Shown here one piece after another: positions 27,997-39,902 of a DNA stretch of 64,000 nt. Both the position numbers and the translations under genes were made by a program. The stretch spans positions 18,688 through 82,687 of the IMG/VR virus record IMGVR_UViG_3300017963_000029, one strand, 5' to 3'. Position 1 is the first letter of the stretch, and each line of letters starts with the position of its first letter. Under the pieces are notes generated by a model. The model was not told the origin of the DNA. It did not search any database and worked only from the letters and a program-made list of their open reading frames with translations. This DNA is from a virus.

Positions 27997-28473
27997 ATGA
28001 ACCACGCGGCGCTCGAGAAGAGGTTCTGGGCCAAGGTAGACAAGAACGGCCCGTACAACGAGAGGCTGGGGAGCCGGTGTCATGTGTGGAAGGGGGCTCG
28101 CCGCCGTGGGTACGGACGTTTCGGGCTCACCTCCAAGGTGACGTTGTCGGCTCATCGCTTCGCCTGGGAGTTGGAGAAGGGGCCGATACCTGAAGGCCTG
28201 ATCGTGCTCCACCAGTGCGACAACAAACCATGCGTTAACACCGACCACCTGCGCATCGGCACCACCCAGGACAACTCCGACGACTGTCGTGAGCGAGGGC
28301 AGCTTCCCGCCGGCGAGCGGAACGGAGGAGCCAAGCTTAGCGCCGAGGATGTTAGGGAGATAAGACGAAGAGCGGCGAACGGATCAACACATTCGGCGCT
28401 TGCCAGGGAGTATGGGGTACACAAGACAACTATAACGAGGGCCGTCTCCAGGCGGCACTGGAGGGTAGCATGA
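27997..28473 (+). CDS. HNH homing endonuclease with C-terminal HTH
   Basis: RFWAKV, AHRFAW, VLHQCDNKPCVNTDHL..GT..DN, LAREYGV. Confidence 0.9.
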   Translation: MNHAALEKRFWAKVDKNGPYNERLGSRCHVWKGARRRGYGRFGLTSKVTLSAHRFAWELEKGPIPEGLIVLHQCDNKPCVNTDHLRIGTTQDNSDDCRERGQLPAGERNGGAKLSAEDVREIRRRAANGSTHSALAREYGVHKTTITRAVSRRHWRVA

Positions 28474-28870
28474 GCAACTATGTACCGATGCCGAGTCCGG
28501 AACTCCGGGCGGCGATAGAGTGGCTGAAGAAAATGGCGGAGATGCAGCCGTGGGATTCTGAAAACTCTAAGAATGCTCGCACGTTTCTTCGTGAGCTGGA
28601 TATGTTGATATACGGCTACATCCGGTTTTATGAGTGGGAGCGGTATCAGGATTTCATTCGTCCGCGCAACGAGTTGGCGCAAAAGATTTTTACAAGGCAT
28701 CTCCCGGTGGCTTTGGAAAAACTAGAACCGGGACCAAGGGTTCCGCAGATCGACGAGATCATGGAAGGATGTATCAGAATGGCAGATCGTTTCCTTGAGC
28801 TATCTGGCGAGAAGGTGAAGAATGTCGAGGATATCAAGGAGCGTCTGCGTGAGCACTTAGGGTGGAAGCC

Positions 28871-29707
28871 GTGATCGTCAACACCGCCAAGAACCGGAAT
28901 CGCGACAAGTACACCTTCGCGAACATCAACCTACTGGGGAAGTGTAATGCGGATTGTTTCTTCTGCCTGGGCAAGGATATCGAGCATCTTCTGTCGCAGC
29001 ATAACCAGACACAAACGCACTGGCTTAACTGGCCTAACCTGCAGGAGTTCCTCAACCTCTGTCAGGAACATCACATCGAAAAGATCTACCTCACGGGCCA
29101 GAACACTGACCCTACTTTGTACCGGTATTTATCCGGACTGATCGGGTTTCTACAGTCGGCGGGTTTTCACGTTGGTATCCGGACCAACGGCCTGGCGGCG
29201 GAACGAGTACTGCCGGCAATAAATCTGTGCAGGGAAGAGATCGGCTACTCCATCCACACCCTGGACCCCATGACGCAGAAGATGGTGATGGGGACCGAGA
29301 AGATACCCGATTGGGGGAAGTTGCTCACCGAGAGCGGCCCCAACGTGAGGGTGTCCATCGTTCTCAACCGGTGTAACGAGTACGAGCTCTTTGACATTCT
29401 CCGGTTCACGAGGAACTTCTCGGACCTCCGGTACATCCAGGTCAGGCGCATCAGCACCGACACGCGCCTTGAGGCGCTGGCGCCCGACATGGCCGCCTAC
29501 GAGCGCGTGTATACCATCGTCAGCCGGGCGTTCCCGCTGAAGCGGAGGTTCGTCACGGACGCCGAGGTCTACGACATCTATGGCCAGGACGTGGTGTTCT
29601 GGCGCACCATCAAGACGTCGGTCAACTCGATGAACTATTTCACCGACGGGACTATCAGCGAGAAGTACTTCATCGTCGAGGGGTATCTTGAGCAGCAGGG
29701 AGAATAG
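28871..29707 (+). CDS. radical SAM protein
   Basis: CNADCFFC, LTGQNTDP, IRTNG. Confidence 0.85.
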   Translation: MIVNTAKNRNRDKYTFANINLLGKCNADCFFCLGKDIEHLLSQHNQTQTHWLNWPNLQEFLNLCQEHHIEKIYLTGQNTDPTLYRYLSGLIGFLQSAGFHVGIRTNGLAAERVLPAINLCREEIGYSIHTLDPMTQKMVMGTEKIPDWGKLLTESGPNVRVSIVLNRCNEYELFDILRFTRNFSDLRYIQVRRISTDTRLEALAPDMAAYERVYTIVSRAFPLKRRFVTDAEVYDIYGQDVVFWRTIKTSVNSMNYFTDGTISEKYFIVEGYLEQQGE

Positions 29708-30608
29708 ATGATGACCGATTGGAAGCACGAATTACAGCAACCTCCGATGATAGCGATGATCGTTATGTTTTCGCTGCTCACCATAATTGCTTTGAGCTAT
29801 ACGTGGTCGAGGATCATGTGTAACTGTCCGGAGTGCGATTGCTCTGGTTGTGAGTGTGTACTGAAGGATTGAAGCGTGAGCTACTACCGCTTTGCTTCTC
29901 GAAGTTGTCGAATCTGCGACTGTGCTCTTTCTCCGGTCTCCACCATTGTCCTTTACGGCAACACCTACTGCCCTCTTCACGCATACATGTTTTTGATACT
30001 TCTGGCTGACGAGGTAATAGAACTGGACTCGCACAGCGGTCCTATAATCAAGAGGAGGTGAAGGGTGGGCTACAGACACTGCGAGAAACATGACCGAGAT
30101 GCCACCAACGGTTGTCCCCTGTGCATGGTCGAGAGCTACCATTATCATCCTTGCTCTGACAAAGAGTTCTGCAAGGGTAAAGGGACCTCGCTTTGTGAAA
30201 GCAATTGTGTGCCCGACGGGGATGGTGAGTACGAGCCTAAGATCTGCGTTTTATGTTACCTGGCGCGACAGTATACGGAGATAGAAAAATGAAAGATAAA
30301 ACACTTTTTGGAGCAGGACTTGCTTTAATTATTTTCTTGGGAGGCCTTTTAGTGTTCATGGATATAGGGCGTATGCAGCTTGAAAAACGTATTGCTTCGC
30401 TCGATATCGACCTCAAGGTGTGTCAGGGACACAAGGAGGTAAACTGGGCCAACTACAAGGCCTGCCAGGGGAAGCTCGAGAAGTGCCGCGAGCGAAAACC
30501 GTTACCTGAGCGTCTCAAGAACATGACCCTGCAGGACGTCATAGACGACGTGCGTGAGATAGACCAGATGGTGAAGGCGTTCGTTGAAAGGCAGAAGAGC
30601 CGGTAATG

Positions 30609-31106
30609 CTACATCGAGTTCAGCGCGACGGAGAGGCCTTCAAACTGGGCGGTGAGCTTCGAGAGGTTGTCGATGATTACGCAGAGGCCGGCGGTGTTCC
30701 AACGGGGGACCGTCGCGTCCGTGTGGGGTCGGTCGATGGCTCTCAGCAGGTCCTCTTCGGTTCGCCGTATCATTTCCTTGACCCAGTGACACTGCAGGTG
30801 GAGTCGGTCTACCCGACAAAGCTCTGTCCATGATTCGTATTCTTTTTCGACGGTTCGCTGTGCCTGGCGGATAAGGTCGGAGGGAAGATGGGAAGCGTCA
30901 ACGATAAGGCTTTCGAAAACACCACCGGGTTTGAGGCTTTGAAGTTCCGCTCCGACGAGGCCTGCCACCGGGTGTACTTCGAAAACACATCGATCATGCC
31001 CCTCGATGCTCTCGTAAATGAATGTTCCGCTATGCTCTTCTGGATTGAGACACAGAAGGCATATCTGGTATTTCTCTTTCAGCGGGATGTTGGAGACGCT
31101 TCCCAT
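30609..31106 (-). CDS. hypothetical protein
   Basis: Directly follows the N6 methyltransferase. Confidence 0.5.
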   Translation of the reverse strand: MGSVSNIPLKEKYQICLLCLNPEEHSGTFIYESIEGHDRCVFEVHPVAGLVGAELQSLKPGGVFESLIVDASHLPSDLIRQAQRTVEKEYESWTELCRVDRLHLQCHWVKEMIRRTEEDLLRAIDRPHTDATVPRWNTAGLCVIIDNLSKLTAQFEGLSVALNSM

Positions 31107-31736
31107 CTAGGATTTCCAATCGACCCAGCCGAAGGATACACTTTCAGTCCATTTTTCGTAATCCGACATCGGAAGAGGCTCCGGGCGGAGGATGCACTCC
31201 ACCGCCATGTAGTCGGCCATGGGGGTGAACTTGGTGGGGGTGCCACCGAGGCCCACGAAGTGTGGGCGGTAGGTCAGGATGGCGATACGGATGGGCTGGA
31301 CGTACCGCCAGCAGTCCTGGAATCGGTCCTTGCCGTTCAGGGCCACGGTTCGTATCAGCGCGCAGGCTCTACGGGCCCACAACAGGCTCCTGTAGATGAA
31401 GAAGGCCTCGCCGTTGTTGGCGTAGGGAGGGTTCAGGATGGCCAGGTCGGCCCGCAGTTGGGGCACTTCCAGGTGGAGGAAGTCGGCACAGATGATCCGC
31501 GCCCGGGGGCGCCAATATTGGAGCTCGGGGATGATGTCCGGGTCGATTTCCACCGCCACCACCCCCTCCCGGTCGGGGGTGAGGGACCCCTCGCCGGCGG
31601 CGGGGTCGACGATAAGCTCCGCCTCGTCGACCCGGGCCCATTTCTGGAAGTCAAACGCCACCTTCGTCGGTGTGAACCACTGACACCAGTTCTCGCGCTC
31701 CTCGTCGGAGGTGATGACCGCGGCGACCTGGGGCAT
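31107..31736 (-). CDS. N6-adenine DNA methyltransferase
   Basis: QWFTP, DPAAGEG, AVEID, NPPY. Confidence 0.85.
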   Translation of the reverse strand: MPQVAAVITSDEERENWCQWFTPTKVAFDFQKWARVDEAELIVDPAAGEGSLTPDREGVVAVEIDPDIIPELQYWRPRARIICADFLHLEVPQLRADLAILNPPYANNGEAFFIYRSLLWARRACALIRTVALNGKDRFQDCWRYVQPIRIAILTYRPHFVGLGGTPTKFTPMADYMAVECILRPEPLPMSDYEKWTESVSFGWVDWKS

Positions 31737-31739
31737 GAC

Positions 31740-31955
31740 CTACTTCCGGGGTTTGGCCAGTATTTTCAGAAGTTTCTCGGGCGAAACGGGAGCCCACTTG
31801 CATATTCGCAACAGGTGCGATGCGCGGGGCTCGGTGTCGCCCTCCCAGCGGCTGATGGTGGGGGCCGAAAGGCCCAGAGCAGCGGCGGCCTGGGTCTGGG
31901 TGAGCCCCTTTTTCTTCCGGAGCTTCTCGAACCACTTGGCAAACGAGGTAGCCAT
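31740..31955 (-). CDS. XRE-family HTH regulator (probably leaderless)
   Basis: LRKKKGLTQTQAAAALGLSAPTISRWE...P; ATG 7 nt after a -10 box. Confidence 0.85.
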   Translation of the reverse strand: MATSFAKWFEKLRKKKGLTQTQAAAALGLSAPTISRWEGDTEPRASHLLRICKWAPVSPEKLLKILAKPRK

Positions 31956-31962
31956 GCGAGGA

Positions 31963-32005
31963 AAGATAACAGTACACTTGCGTAAACGCAAGGAAAGGGT
32001 AGGAT
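31963..32005. promoter_or_regulatory. divergent promoters around a palindromic operator
   Basis: CTTGCGT-AA-ACGCAAG 31977-31992; minus TTGCGT-N17-TATCTT; plus TTGCGT-N16-TAGGAT. Confidence 0.65.
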
Positions 32006-32011
32006 GACGCC

Positions 32012-34895
32012 ATGGGAATGAAAGACGACGATAAGAACCGTCTCGTCCAGGCAACCCCGGAGGAGCAGGATGCGGCTTTTCAGCGTGCCAGGGGTGTTCT
32101 GGAGGCCATGAATCCGGTGCTGGATGAGTACGACGTTCTGGACCAGCTGACGGCATTACAGATGCGCATCGCGCAGCTTGCGGTACGAACTGGTAGAGGA
32201 ACCGAGGGTATCCTGACGTTAATAAATGTGAACATCCCTCCCATGATGAAGATGTGGGAGCAGGCTTATTCAGAGGTACAGGAGGAAGACGGTGGCGGCA
32301 CTGACAGAGGAACAACTTCAGGGAATGTTAACTGAGTTGGAAGACGGGGCCTTCATGATCCTCGAGGAGGGAGACCTCGAGTTCATTCAGGGCGCGAAGA
32401 TGACCGTGGACATGGGCTTTCCGTTGACGCCTGCGGACATGGATCGCGTGGCCCGGATTTACGACAAGTTCAAAAAGATCCAGCACGACACCATGGGTAT
32501 AGGGTAGTTTTCATAAGACGCACGAGAGATGGGTTACGTGTTTTCTTTTGTGGTGGTTGTCGTTTGGTTGTTGGCATGTTCTTACGTTAAGTAGAAATGG
32601 CCATCAATGAAGAACATCTAAGAGTAGACATGGTCGGTTTCTCGGTGGCGTTCATCTATAAAGGGCGGCACTTCAGTTTAAGTTTAAAAGAAGCAGGTAG
32701 TCCGATTTTTTGTCTTCTGGAAGTAAGAAAAGGAGAAATGCCCGATCCGTCCAATATGTTGAGCGGCATGTTGAAACATTCGAAGATAGCAACGGCGAAG
32801 ATTCATTGGGACGGAGCTTTCCCAAAAGATCCGCTAGTTGCAGAAGCCATGGATGTCATCACCGGATATTTGGTGGAAAGAAACTTCATATCGTTGAGCG
32901 AGGATTCTCACTAAAGGAGACCACATGGAAAAGGAGTTCGTGGAACTGGCAATCAAGACCCCCATCTTTCACGGGGACCGACGCGTGCCGCCGGCTCTCA
33001 TCGGTACGGCGGAAGGTTGGGTCAATCCGGAGGAGATATGCGGAATCACTTCCGGGGTTCACGACGTGCCGATAGTAGCCGACGCTCGTAACAAACAGAG
33101 CCAGAGCAAGAAACCCAAGCCTGGTGGTTTCATGACGGTGCTGCACTTTCACAGCGGCGACCGGATCCTGGTGATGGGAACGCCGAAGGAGCTTCGGAAG
33201 CAGATCATCGAGGCCGTCAGTCCGGAAGCTGTCGAGCCCGAAGAAGACGAGACAGAGGAGGCACCGGAGGAAACCCCGGAGACCCCTGAAGAGACCAACG
33301 AGCCAGAGACTGAAACCCAGCAGTCTGAAGAGGAAGGTGGCGAATGAACTTCGATACGGCATTTGAGGAGTACCTCGACGTCCGCAACAAACTCCGCGAG
33401 CAGCAGGGGGCACTGGATAAGAAGAGAAGCGAGATGGCCGCGCTGGGCCGCGAGATGGAGAGCATGAAGAAGCGGTATAACGCCACGCGCCGACAGCTGG
33501 TGAAGGCTCAGGACGCCCTGGTCCCCGTGCTTCGCAAGGAGGTGGCGTCGTTTCCGCTCCCGGACGAGGACAAGAGCGCCTACGAGGAGGGTACCCGGAA
33601 CGTTCTCAGGAAGACGCCGGAACAGGAAGCTGCGGCGCTCGACAAAGTCATTCCGCCTGCGGAAGATGATGCTGAAGAAGCCTCCACACCCGAAGCGGTA
33701 GAGGTTGATGTCGGCTCGCCATAAGGATCCCGTCGGGCCTCCGGGGACACTTCTACGTTGCAAGGGTCCCGGGTGTAAGAACACCGTCAAGTACCGTTCA
33801 CGCAAGTGGACCAACGAATGGATGATGACCTGGGTGGAGAGCAAGGGAAAGCTGTTCGATGTGTGCTCCATGGAGTGCGCGGATGCCCTGAAGGAGAAAC
33901 ATGCCAAACACGCCGCCGCGGTAGCACGGCGGGATTTTCGAGAGGCAGATAAATTCGATACAGAGGTTCTTTTGCCCAAAGGCAGTGAACCTCCCCTTCA
34001 AGTATTTTTTCGAGACATCAAGCAGAAGAAGGCCAAGGAGAAGGCATGAGCCCTAAGACAGCACGCGAGCTTCGGCGTTATGCCATCTCTCAGATGAGCG
34101 ACAAGAGCCGGCAGAAAACCAAGACTCACATGTACCGCTTGCTCAAAAAAGGGTGGAACGAGTTGCTTAACGCGCGGGAAAGAGGGGTTTTCCGTCGTAC
34201 CGTGCTCCGCAACGGCCCGATGGAGCCGAAGCTCCGGGAGTTCTTGGAGCAGCGAGGATTCAACGTATATGGAACGATCGTGCATGAATAAGTCGTGCCA
34301 TAAATATTACACGATATATCCGTAAAAAACCTAATGATTTCAAGTACTTAGAGCACAATTGGAGTTTGCCGGTAATAGACATTTCCGGCATAGATAGAGT
34401 GTATAAAGGGAGGTTGAAATGTCGAAAAAGGTGCAGGAAGAGGTTTCGAACGGCGCAGTGGATGGTGGTTGGGGGTTTCAGGAGGCTGCTTCGGTGACCC
34501 CCTACAGCATGATGCAGAAGACGGTGCAGACATACTTGCAGTCCTTGCTCACAGAACCTGCTACTCCGGAATCGCTTCAGGCTTTGGAGCAATCGGTGGA
34601 GGCGTGTCACCAGTTGCTGGTGACTTGGAGTACCTCCGACCCCAAGGACTTTGTCGGGAGTTTTGAGAGGTTTCAGGAGCAGGTAAACGCCCTTTATGAA
34701 GAACAGGAGACTCCGCCAGCATCTTCGGACGTCAACCTTCCTGAGCTGGCCCAGGCGGTGATAGAGGCCATCCAGGAACGTAACCGCCCCACCATGGGAG
34801 GGCTGCTCCGGTCTCTGGCCCTTGCCAAGGAGTTGAAGCTCGAGAAGGTGGCCGCGCACATCGAGGAGCAGCTGCTAGCGATGGTGGAGGAGTAA
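32012..34895 (+). other. run of about 8 short hypothetical CDSs
   Basis: Contiguous or overlapping ORFs at 32012, 32292, 32597, 32925, 33344, 33705, 34046, 34419; no recognised motifs. Confidence 0.55.
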
Positions 34896-34898
34896 CCG

Positions 34899-35741
34899 GT
34901 GCGAATACTTCAACGAGGGAGTAAGGGACAGGCGGTTGTCGGACTCAAGGAACGCCTCGCCGCGCAGGGGTTCTGGCCCGACCATCTGATGGGGCTCGAT
35001 TTCACTCCGAAGCTCGAAGACGCGGTGGCGTACTTCCAGATGACGCACCTGGGGCCCGACGGTAAACCTCTCGCAGTCGACGGGAAGGTGGGTCCCAATA
35101 CCGAATGGGCCTTGAAACATCCTACCGGGAAGGCCCAGACGTCGAACATCTCGCCGGCAGGAACCAAGACCGGGGGCCCGAAGTTCAACATCCCCGACGG
35201 GCTCAGCCTCGAACGGTACGAGACGTTGATGCGGGCGCTCGGGGAACACGGCGTCCGGGAAAGGCCCATGGGGAGCAACCGCGGGCCCGGCATCGACAAG
35301 TACCTCCCGCGGTGGTGGCTCGAAAAGGAAGGGAAGGGCCCGGCCTGGTGCTGCTTCTTCGTAAGCTGGGTGGTTCGTCAGGTCTTCGGTTTCCATCCGC
35401 TGGGGCGCAACCACGGCTCGTGCAAGCAGGCCTGGAAGGCCGCCCAGGAGCGCGAGATGGCTTATCAGGTACACGAGGTGGATACGATAGTCCCCGGAGA
35501 TGCATTCTATATGCGGTGGAGGGGTGGAGGGCACATCGGTTTTATTTACCGGGTGTCGGAGGACGGCCAGGAGATGAATACGGTGGAAGGGAACTGCGGC
35601 AACAGGGTAAAGGTGGGCCGACGTTCCCTTTCGGACGAGAGGATCTTCGGCATCATCGACTTCTACGGAGAAGAGTATCCGGACGAATTTGAACGTGGTC
35701 TCATCGAGGCCAAGGACGTGGCGAAGGACGGCACGCGGTGA
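34899..35741 (+). CDS. endolysin: peptidoglycan-binding domain plus CHAP
   Basis: LQRGSKGQAV..L, VDGKVGPNT; WCCFFVSW, GHIGFI, TVEGN. Confidence 0.88.
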   Translation: MRILQRGSKGQAVVGLKERLAAQGFWPDHLMGLDFTPKLEDAVAYFQMTHLGPDGKPLAVDGKVGPNTEWALKHPTGKAQTSNISPAGTKTGGPKFNIPDGLSLERYETLMRALGEHGVRERPMGSNRGPGIDKYLPRWWLEKEGKGPAWCCFFVSWVVRQVFGFHPLGRNHGSCKQAWKAAQEREMAYQVHEVDTIVPGDAFYMRWRGGGHIGFIYRVSEDGQEMNTVEGNCGNRVKVGRRSLSDERIFGIIDFYGEEYPDEFERGLIEAKDVAKDGTR

Positions 35742-38651
35742 TCAATCGTTGCAGGACATGCAAGTGGTACCAGGCGATACCTACCCTTCCTCCGGATTTT
35801 CCTGGACCCATGAGCTACGACGGGTACTGTCGGTTGTTTCCGGTGATACCGGAGATAACGACCAAGGAGGACGGGTACTGCGGGCAGCACAAGTTTGGAT
35901 CGGTGTGGAAAGCGTTATGGGCGTTTTTGAAGAGAGTATGCGGTCGTGGGTAGTCGGCCTGTGCCGGTTCGAAACCGGGCGACGGCACCGTCACCCGGAG
36001 GGTCTTTCATTCCCTATCTCCCGGTGTGGCCCCGTGCTGGTCGGGTGACTCGCGCGCCGGGCGCGCTAACGGGGCTTTATTATGGACAACATCAGAACAC
36101 CACCGAGTAACGACAAGTACCGGGATGGCTGGGACCGCATCTTCGGTAAAAAGAAAACGGAGTGCGACTGTGAGGCCTGCCAGGAGAACCGCAGGCGCGC
36201 GAAAGAGGGGTTACCACCTACGCACGAGACCGGAGGGCCGATCTGCCCGACGCCAGCAGACAGGAGATGAAAATGTGTAAGGAAGGAAAGTGTAGTAAGT
36301 GCGGACGAAAGTTTAGTAAATCGGCAGTGCTTCCCGGTCACGCGATAACACTTCTGATAGGGGGTCCTCGTTGTTACCAGTGTTACTACGAGGAGCAGGG
36401 GTGGGACCTTGAGACGTGCGTGGACTGCGAGAAGAAATTTCCCTTGTCCGAGGGCCTCGTTTTAACCATGGACGGCCCGCTGTGCATGGAGTGCAACCCC
36501 AGCGGTGCGATCGATCCGCCTCCGGAGAGTGCTTTACCGGAGGGTGCGGACCTTCCACCGGGTGTAGGGTTTCCCGTGTCCGAGTCGGTCATGGGGAGCC
36601 TGGTCTCCAACTTCGTGTCCGGGATGTTCGATCGGATGGGCAGCAGGGAGCGCATCGCTACGGTGATGTTGGGAGCTAATCAAGTATTTGATGGTTTACA
36701 AGCCATAGCCCATACGATTTGGGAAGGTAGAGAGCCTTCTTTTTTGAGCAGAGAGGATTTAATAAAAGAATCTTTGAAGGACGCAGACGCGCTCATTGCG
36801 GCGCTACGTTCTAACAAGGGAGATAAAAATGAAAACGGTGAGGTTCAATAAGGTAGGGCTCGACGTCAACTTTGAACGTGTGGGCGACGAGCTACAGGTA
36901 AGCATCAACGTACCGGCACCCATGGTGAACGAGAAGCTCAAGATGTTGCAGGACTTCAAGGAGAGGGCTCGCTACCTCCCCGGGCTCGGGCCCGTGTACC
37001 ACGTCATCAGCCTCCTCGAGGCGGCCATCATCGGAGCCCTGGAGGAACCACCCAAGTGATCCATGGTCCGGGTGTGCCTGATATTGCGCGTGTACTGCTC
37101 CGGTACGGAGCCGGACATGTCGGAGTGCGGCAAGCACTTTCATGCGGAGGTGCCGCTCCACATGCTGCCTCTTTTCGCGCGCGGCGAGGTGACCATCTCC
37201 ACCCTGGAGACCACGGACGATATCAGGGGCTGGTACCTCGAGAAGAACCGCGAGGCCCTGTGTCCGAAGCACAACACCGCGCGCCGGCCGGCGGTGGAGT
37301 TGGTGGAAGAAGACAAGGAAGAGCCGACCGAAGAAGTGCTGGAGCGAGCTCGTCGCCTTCAGGCGCTGGCCACGGATAAATCAGCCACGGAAGGGGAACG
37401 TCGTAACGCCTGGGAGAGCTTCACCAAGCTCTGGAAGCAGTACCGGTTACCCAACGATATAGGGATAGAGTGATGAACGAGAGCCACAAGCCAATGACGG
37501 TTGAAGAGGTGGAAGAGATGTTGAAGGCCACGTTGCACGGCCCTCCACCCCAGGAGACTATATACCGCATATTCGCCACCCTGGCGGATTGGAAGGACAC
37601 GATCAAGCAGGTCATATATGCCGAAGGAGGGGACAAGCCTCCGGAAGTGGTGGAACTGAGAGACCAACTCACTCTTTGTCGGGATGATATAAGAGAAGCG
37701 GAGCGTCGGCACATCGAAGAGATGCGCGGATACGCAAAAGAGCTTTGGGAGATGCGCGGCTTGTACGCGGTAGCGTGTCAGCGCCTTCAACAGCTGGGGG
37801 AGGAAACGGCACCGCTTACGGAAGCTCCCGTAAGAAAGGTGGTACCGGACGTTGTCCATCGCTGTCGCGTGTGTGAGGAGGGTTTCACCATGGAGGCGGT
37901 GAACATTCCGGTACCGGGACCGCCGGGATCGGTCGTTGTCTTGTTCTGGTGCCGAAAGTGCGGGCGAATGTTGATAGCCAACCCGGACTTCATCGAGGTG
38001 GGGTGCTCGGAGGAAGCTTCGAAGGAGTACTTCGGAAGGGTCAAGGAGTTTTTCGAGGAGATGGTGGCGGTGGAGAGGGAAAAGTGGGAACAGAGGAAGA
38101 AATAAGGAAGTATCGGGACCTCGTAACGGAAGCTGGTCGGCCTGGTTTCAACAAGATGTGTCCTATTCGCGAGGCTGCCTGGCGTATCGTGGTGGGGCGC
38201 ACCGGGAATATAGAAGGTAAGGACGCCAGGTACTGTCTGGGACCGGCGTGCGCGTGGTGGGTGGGGGAGTATTGTGCGGTCGTTGCCATATACCGTCGGC
38301 TGGGAGGTATTCAGGCGCAGGCATCCAGGCAAACGTCCAGCCGTAGGGAACCTGGCAGCGGAGAGTTGGGCAGGTCGGGAAGGTATTACGAGTGATTTTA
38401 GAGTAGAGGGTGTTCCAATGAGTACCATGATTAAAATAATAGAAGACATGTTTTGTAGAGGATGCGGATTAAAAGAAGCAAAAGTCGTTCATAAAGATAA
38501 GAAAGTAGTACTAAGGTGGTGTGAATCTTGCGGGACATTGATGGAACACCCACGGATGGGATCTGATTATCAAGGGGAAAAGCCTACGGTAGTAGGAATG
38601 CCTGCTCTAGTTAAAGCTGAAAAAGTCCGTATCGCGTTAACGCAAAAATAA
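35738..38651 (+). other. run of short hypothetical CDSs, several with CxxC pairs
   Basis: ORFs at 35738, 36082, 36267, ~36829, 37063 (DUF2786-like tail), 37470, ~38084, ~38418. Confidence 0.5.
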
Positions 38652-39331
38652 TGACTACCGTCTCCCAGCACATCCGCCGGCGGCTCCTGTTCCTGGGCAA
38701 GCTCGGGCAGTCCGAGTGGTCCTACGAGTTCGAAGAGCTAATGCGCAACCGCCTCATCATGGGTGCGTTCCGGTACGGAAAGCTTAGAGCGCCAGGGAAG
38801 CCCCAGTTCGACCGGGTGGCCTACGCCATCCGCTGCCTCGAGCAGTTTCGACAGACCGGGAACCTAGAGCACCTGGTGGACGCGGCAAACCTCTGCCTCG
38901 TGGAGTTTGTGGAGGGGAAGCATCCCCACCGACACTTTGCTGCGGTGGACGGGGGAGACCACGCAGAGAAGGTGTTGGACGCGGCTGAAAAGGTGCGCGA
39001 GGTGACGACGGATGAGGACGCGAAGGTTCTTGAGGGGGCTCGAATGGATCGCGTACTGAGACCTCCCACGGTGCCACCGGAAGGTGTGGACCTCACCGAG
39101 ACGCGGATGATGCAGGCCATCGGCAAGCGTCTCCAGAACTGGAACGGCCTGTGCGTTCTCTGCGGTGGCTGGGGGCCGTTCAGGAAACCGAAGGATTCGA
39201 AGTACGAGTGGACGGACGTCTGTGCGTGGTGCCACCACGTTCCTGATCCAGAAAGTAGCGGGCCTTATAAACCTCTATCGATAGCAGAACGAGAGGATTA
39301 TCCGAAGGCACCCGACGGGGGACCAAAGTAA
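38651..39331 (+). CDS. MazG-like dNTP diphosphohydrolase-domain protein
   Basis: MGAFRYG ... [16 protein letters not shown] all-alpha pattern. Confidence 0.5.
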   Translation: MTTVSQHIRRRLLFLGKLGQSEWSYEFEELMRNRLIMGAFRYGKLRAPGKPQFDRVAYAIRCLEQFRQTGNLEHLVDAANLCLVEFVEGKHPHRHFAAVDGGDHAEKVLDAAEKVREVTTDEDAKVLEGARMDRVLRPPTVPPEGVDLTETRMMQAIGKRLQNWNGLCVLCGGWGPFRKPKDSKYEWTDVCAWCHHVPDPESSGPYKPLSIAEREDYPKAPDGGPK

Positions 39332-39738
39332 TGATCCGAAAACGCCGTAACAGAACGCTCTCCCGCCTCCGGGTACGGAAGAAGGACAAGCAGTTTCTCA
39401 AGCAGTTCGACTACCCGGAGGGGGTTCGTTTTCTCCCCCTGACGCGCCAGGAGTGCCTGACCACCGAGAGGCCGTGCCCGTTCGTGTCTTGTCGGTATCA
39501 CCTGTACCTGGACGTCACCGAGAAGGGCTCGTTGAAGCTCAACTACCCCGACCAGGAGCCTTGGGAGATCTCCGAGTCGTGCGCTTTGGACGTCGCGGAT
39601 GCCGGCGACCACACGCTCGAGGAGGTGGGACAGCTGCTGCAGGTCACCCGCGAGCGCGTCAGGCAGATCGAAAAGGGGAGTAAAGAGAAGCTTGAGGAGG
39701 ACCCGGACGTGCTCCGGTTGCAGGAGGAGGCGGCGTGA
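39331..39738 (+). CDS. Cys-rich sigma-70 region 4 HTH protein
   Basis: [16 protein letters not shown] ... CALDVA ... [18 protein letters not shown]. Confidence 0.8.
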   Translation: MIRKRRNRTLSRLRVRKKDKQFLKQFDYPEGVRFLPLTRQECLTTERPCPFVSCRYHLYLDVTEKGSLKLNYPDQEPWEISESCALDVADAGDHTLEEVGQLLQVTRERVRQIEKGSKEKLEEDPDVLRLQEEAA

Positions 39739-39902
39739 TCAAAAGGTTGAAGCTCTTTCTGGCCAGAGCCGCGTTGTATACGTTCTGCGCCAGGGTGGAT
39801 GAGGAAGGTGTTATCCGTTGTCCGTTTTGCGAGAACAAGACGGAGGTCAAACCCACGTTTTGGTGTAGAAAATGTAATGTACTTTTGAGATAGGAGAATG
39901 AA

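Noticed and set aside
25623-31955. Complete restriction-modification system
   Set aside because: No recognisable cognate restriction enzyme; the HNH gene is homing-type; 30609-31106 has no nuclease motif I can identify
35940-35990. Functional tRNA gene
   Set aside because: Only about 50 nt, no anticodon arm, stem mismatches, ends ACCG
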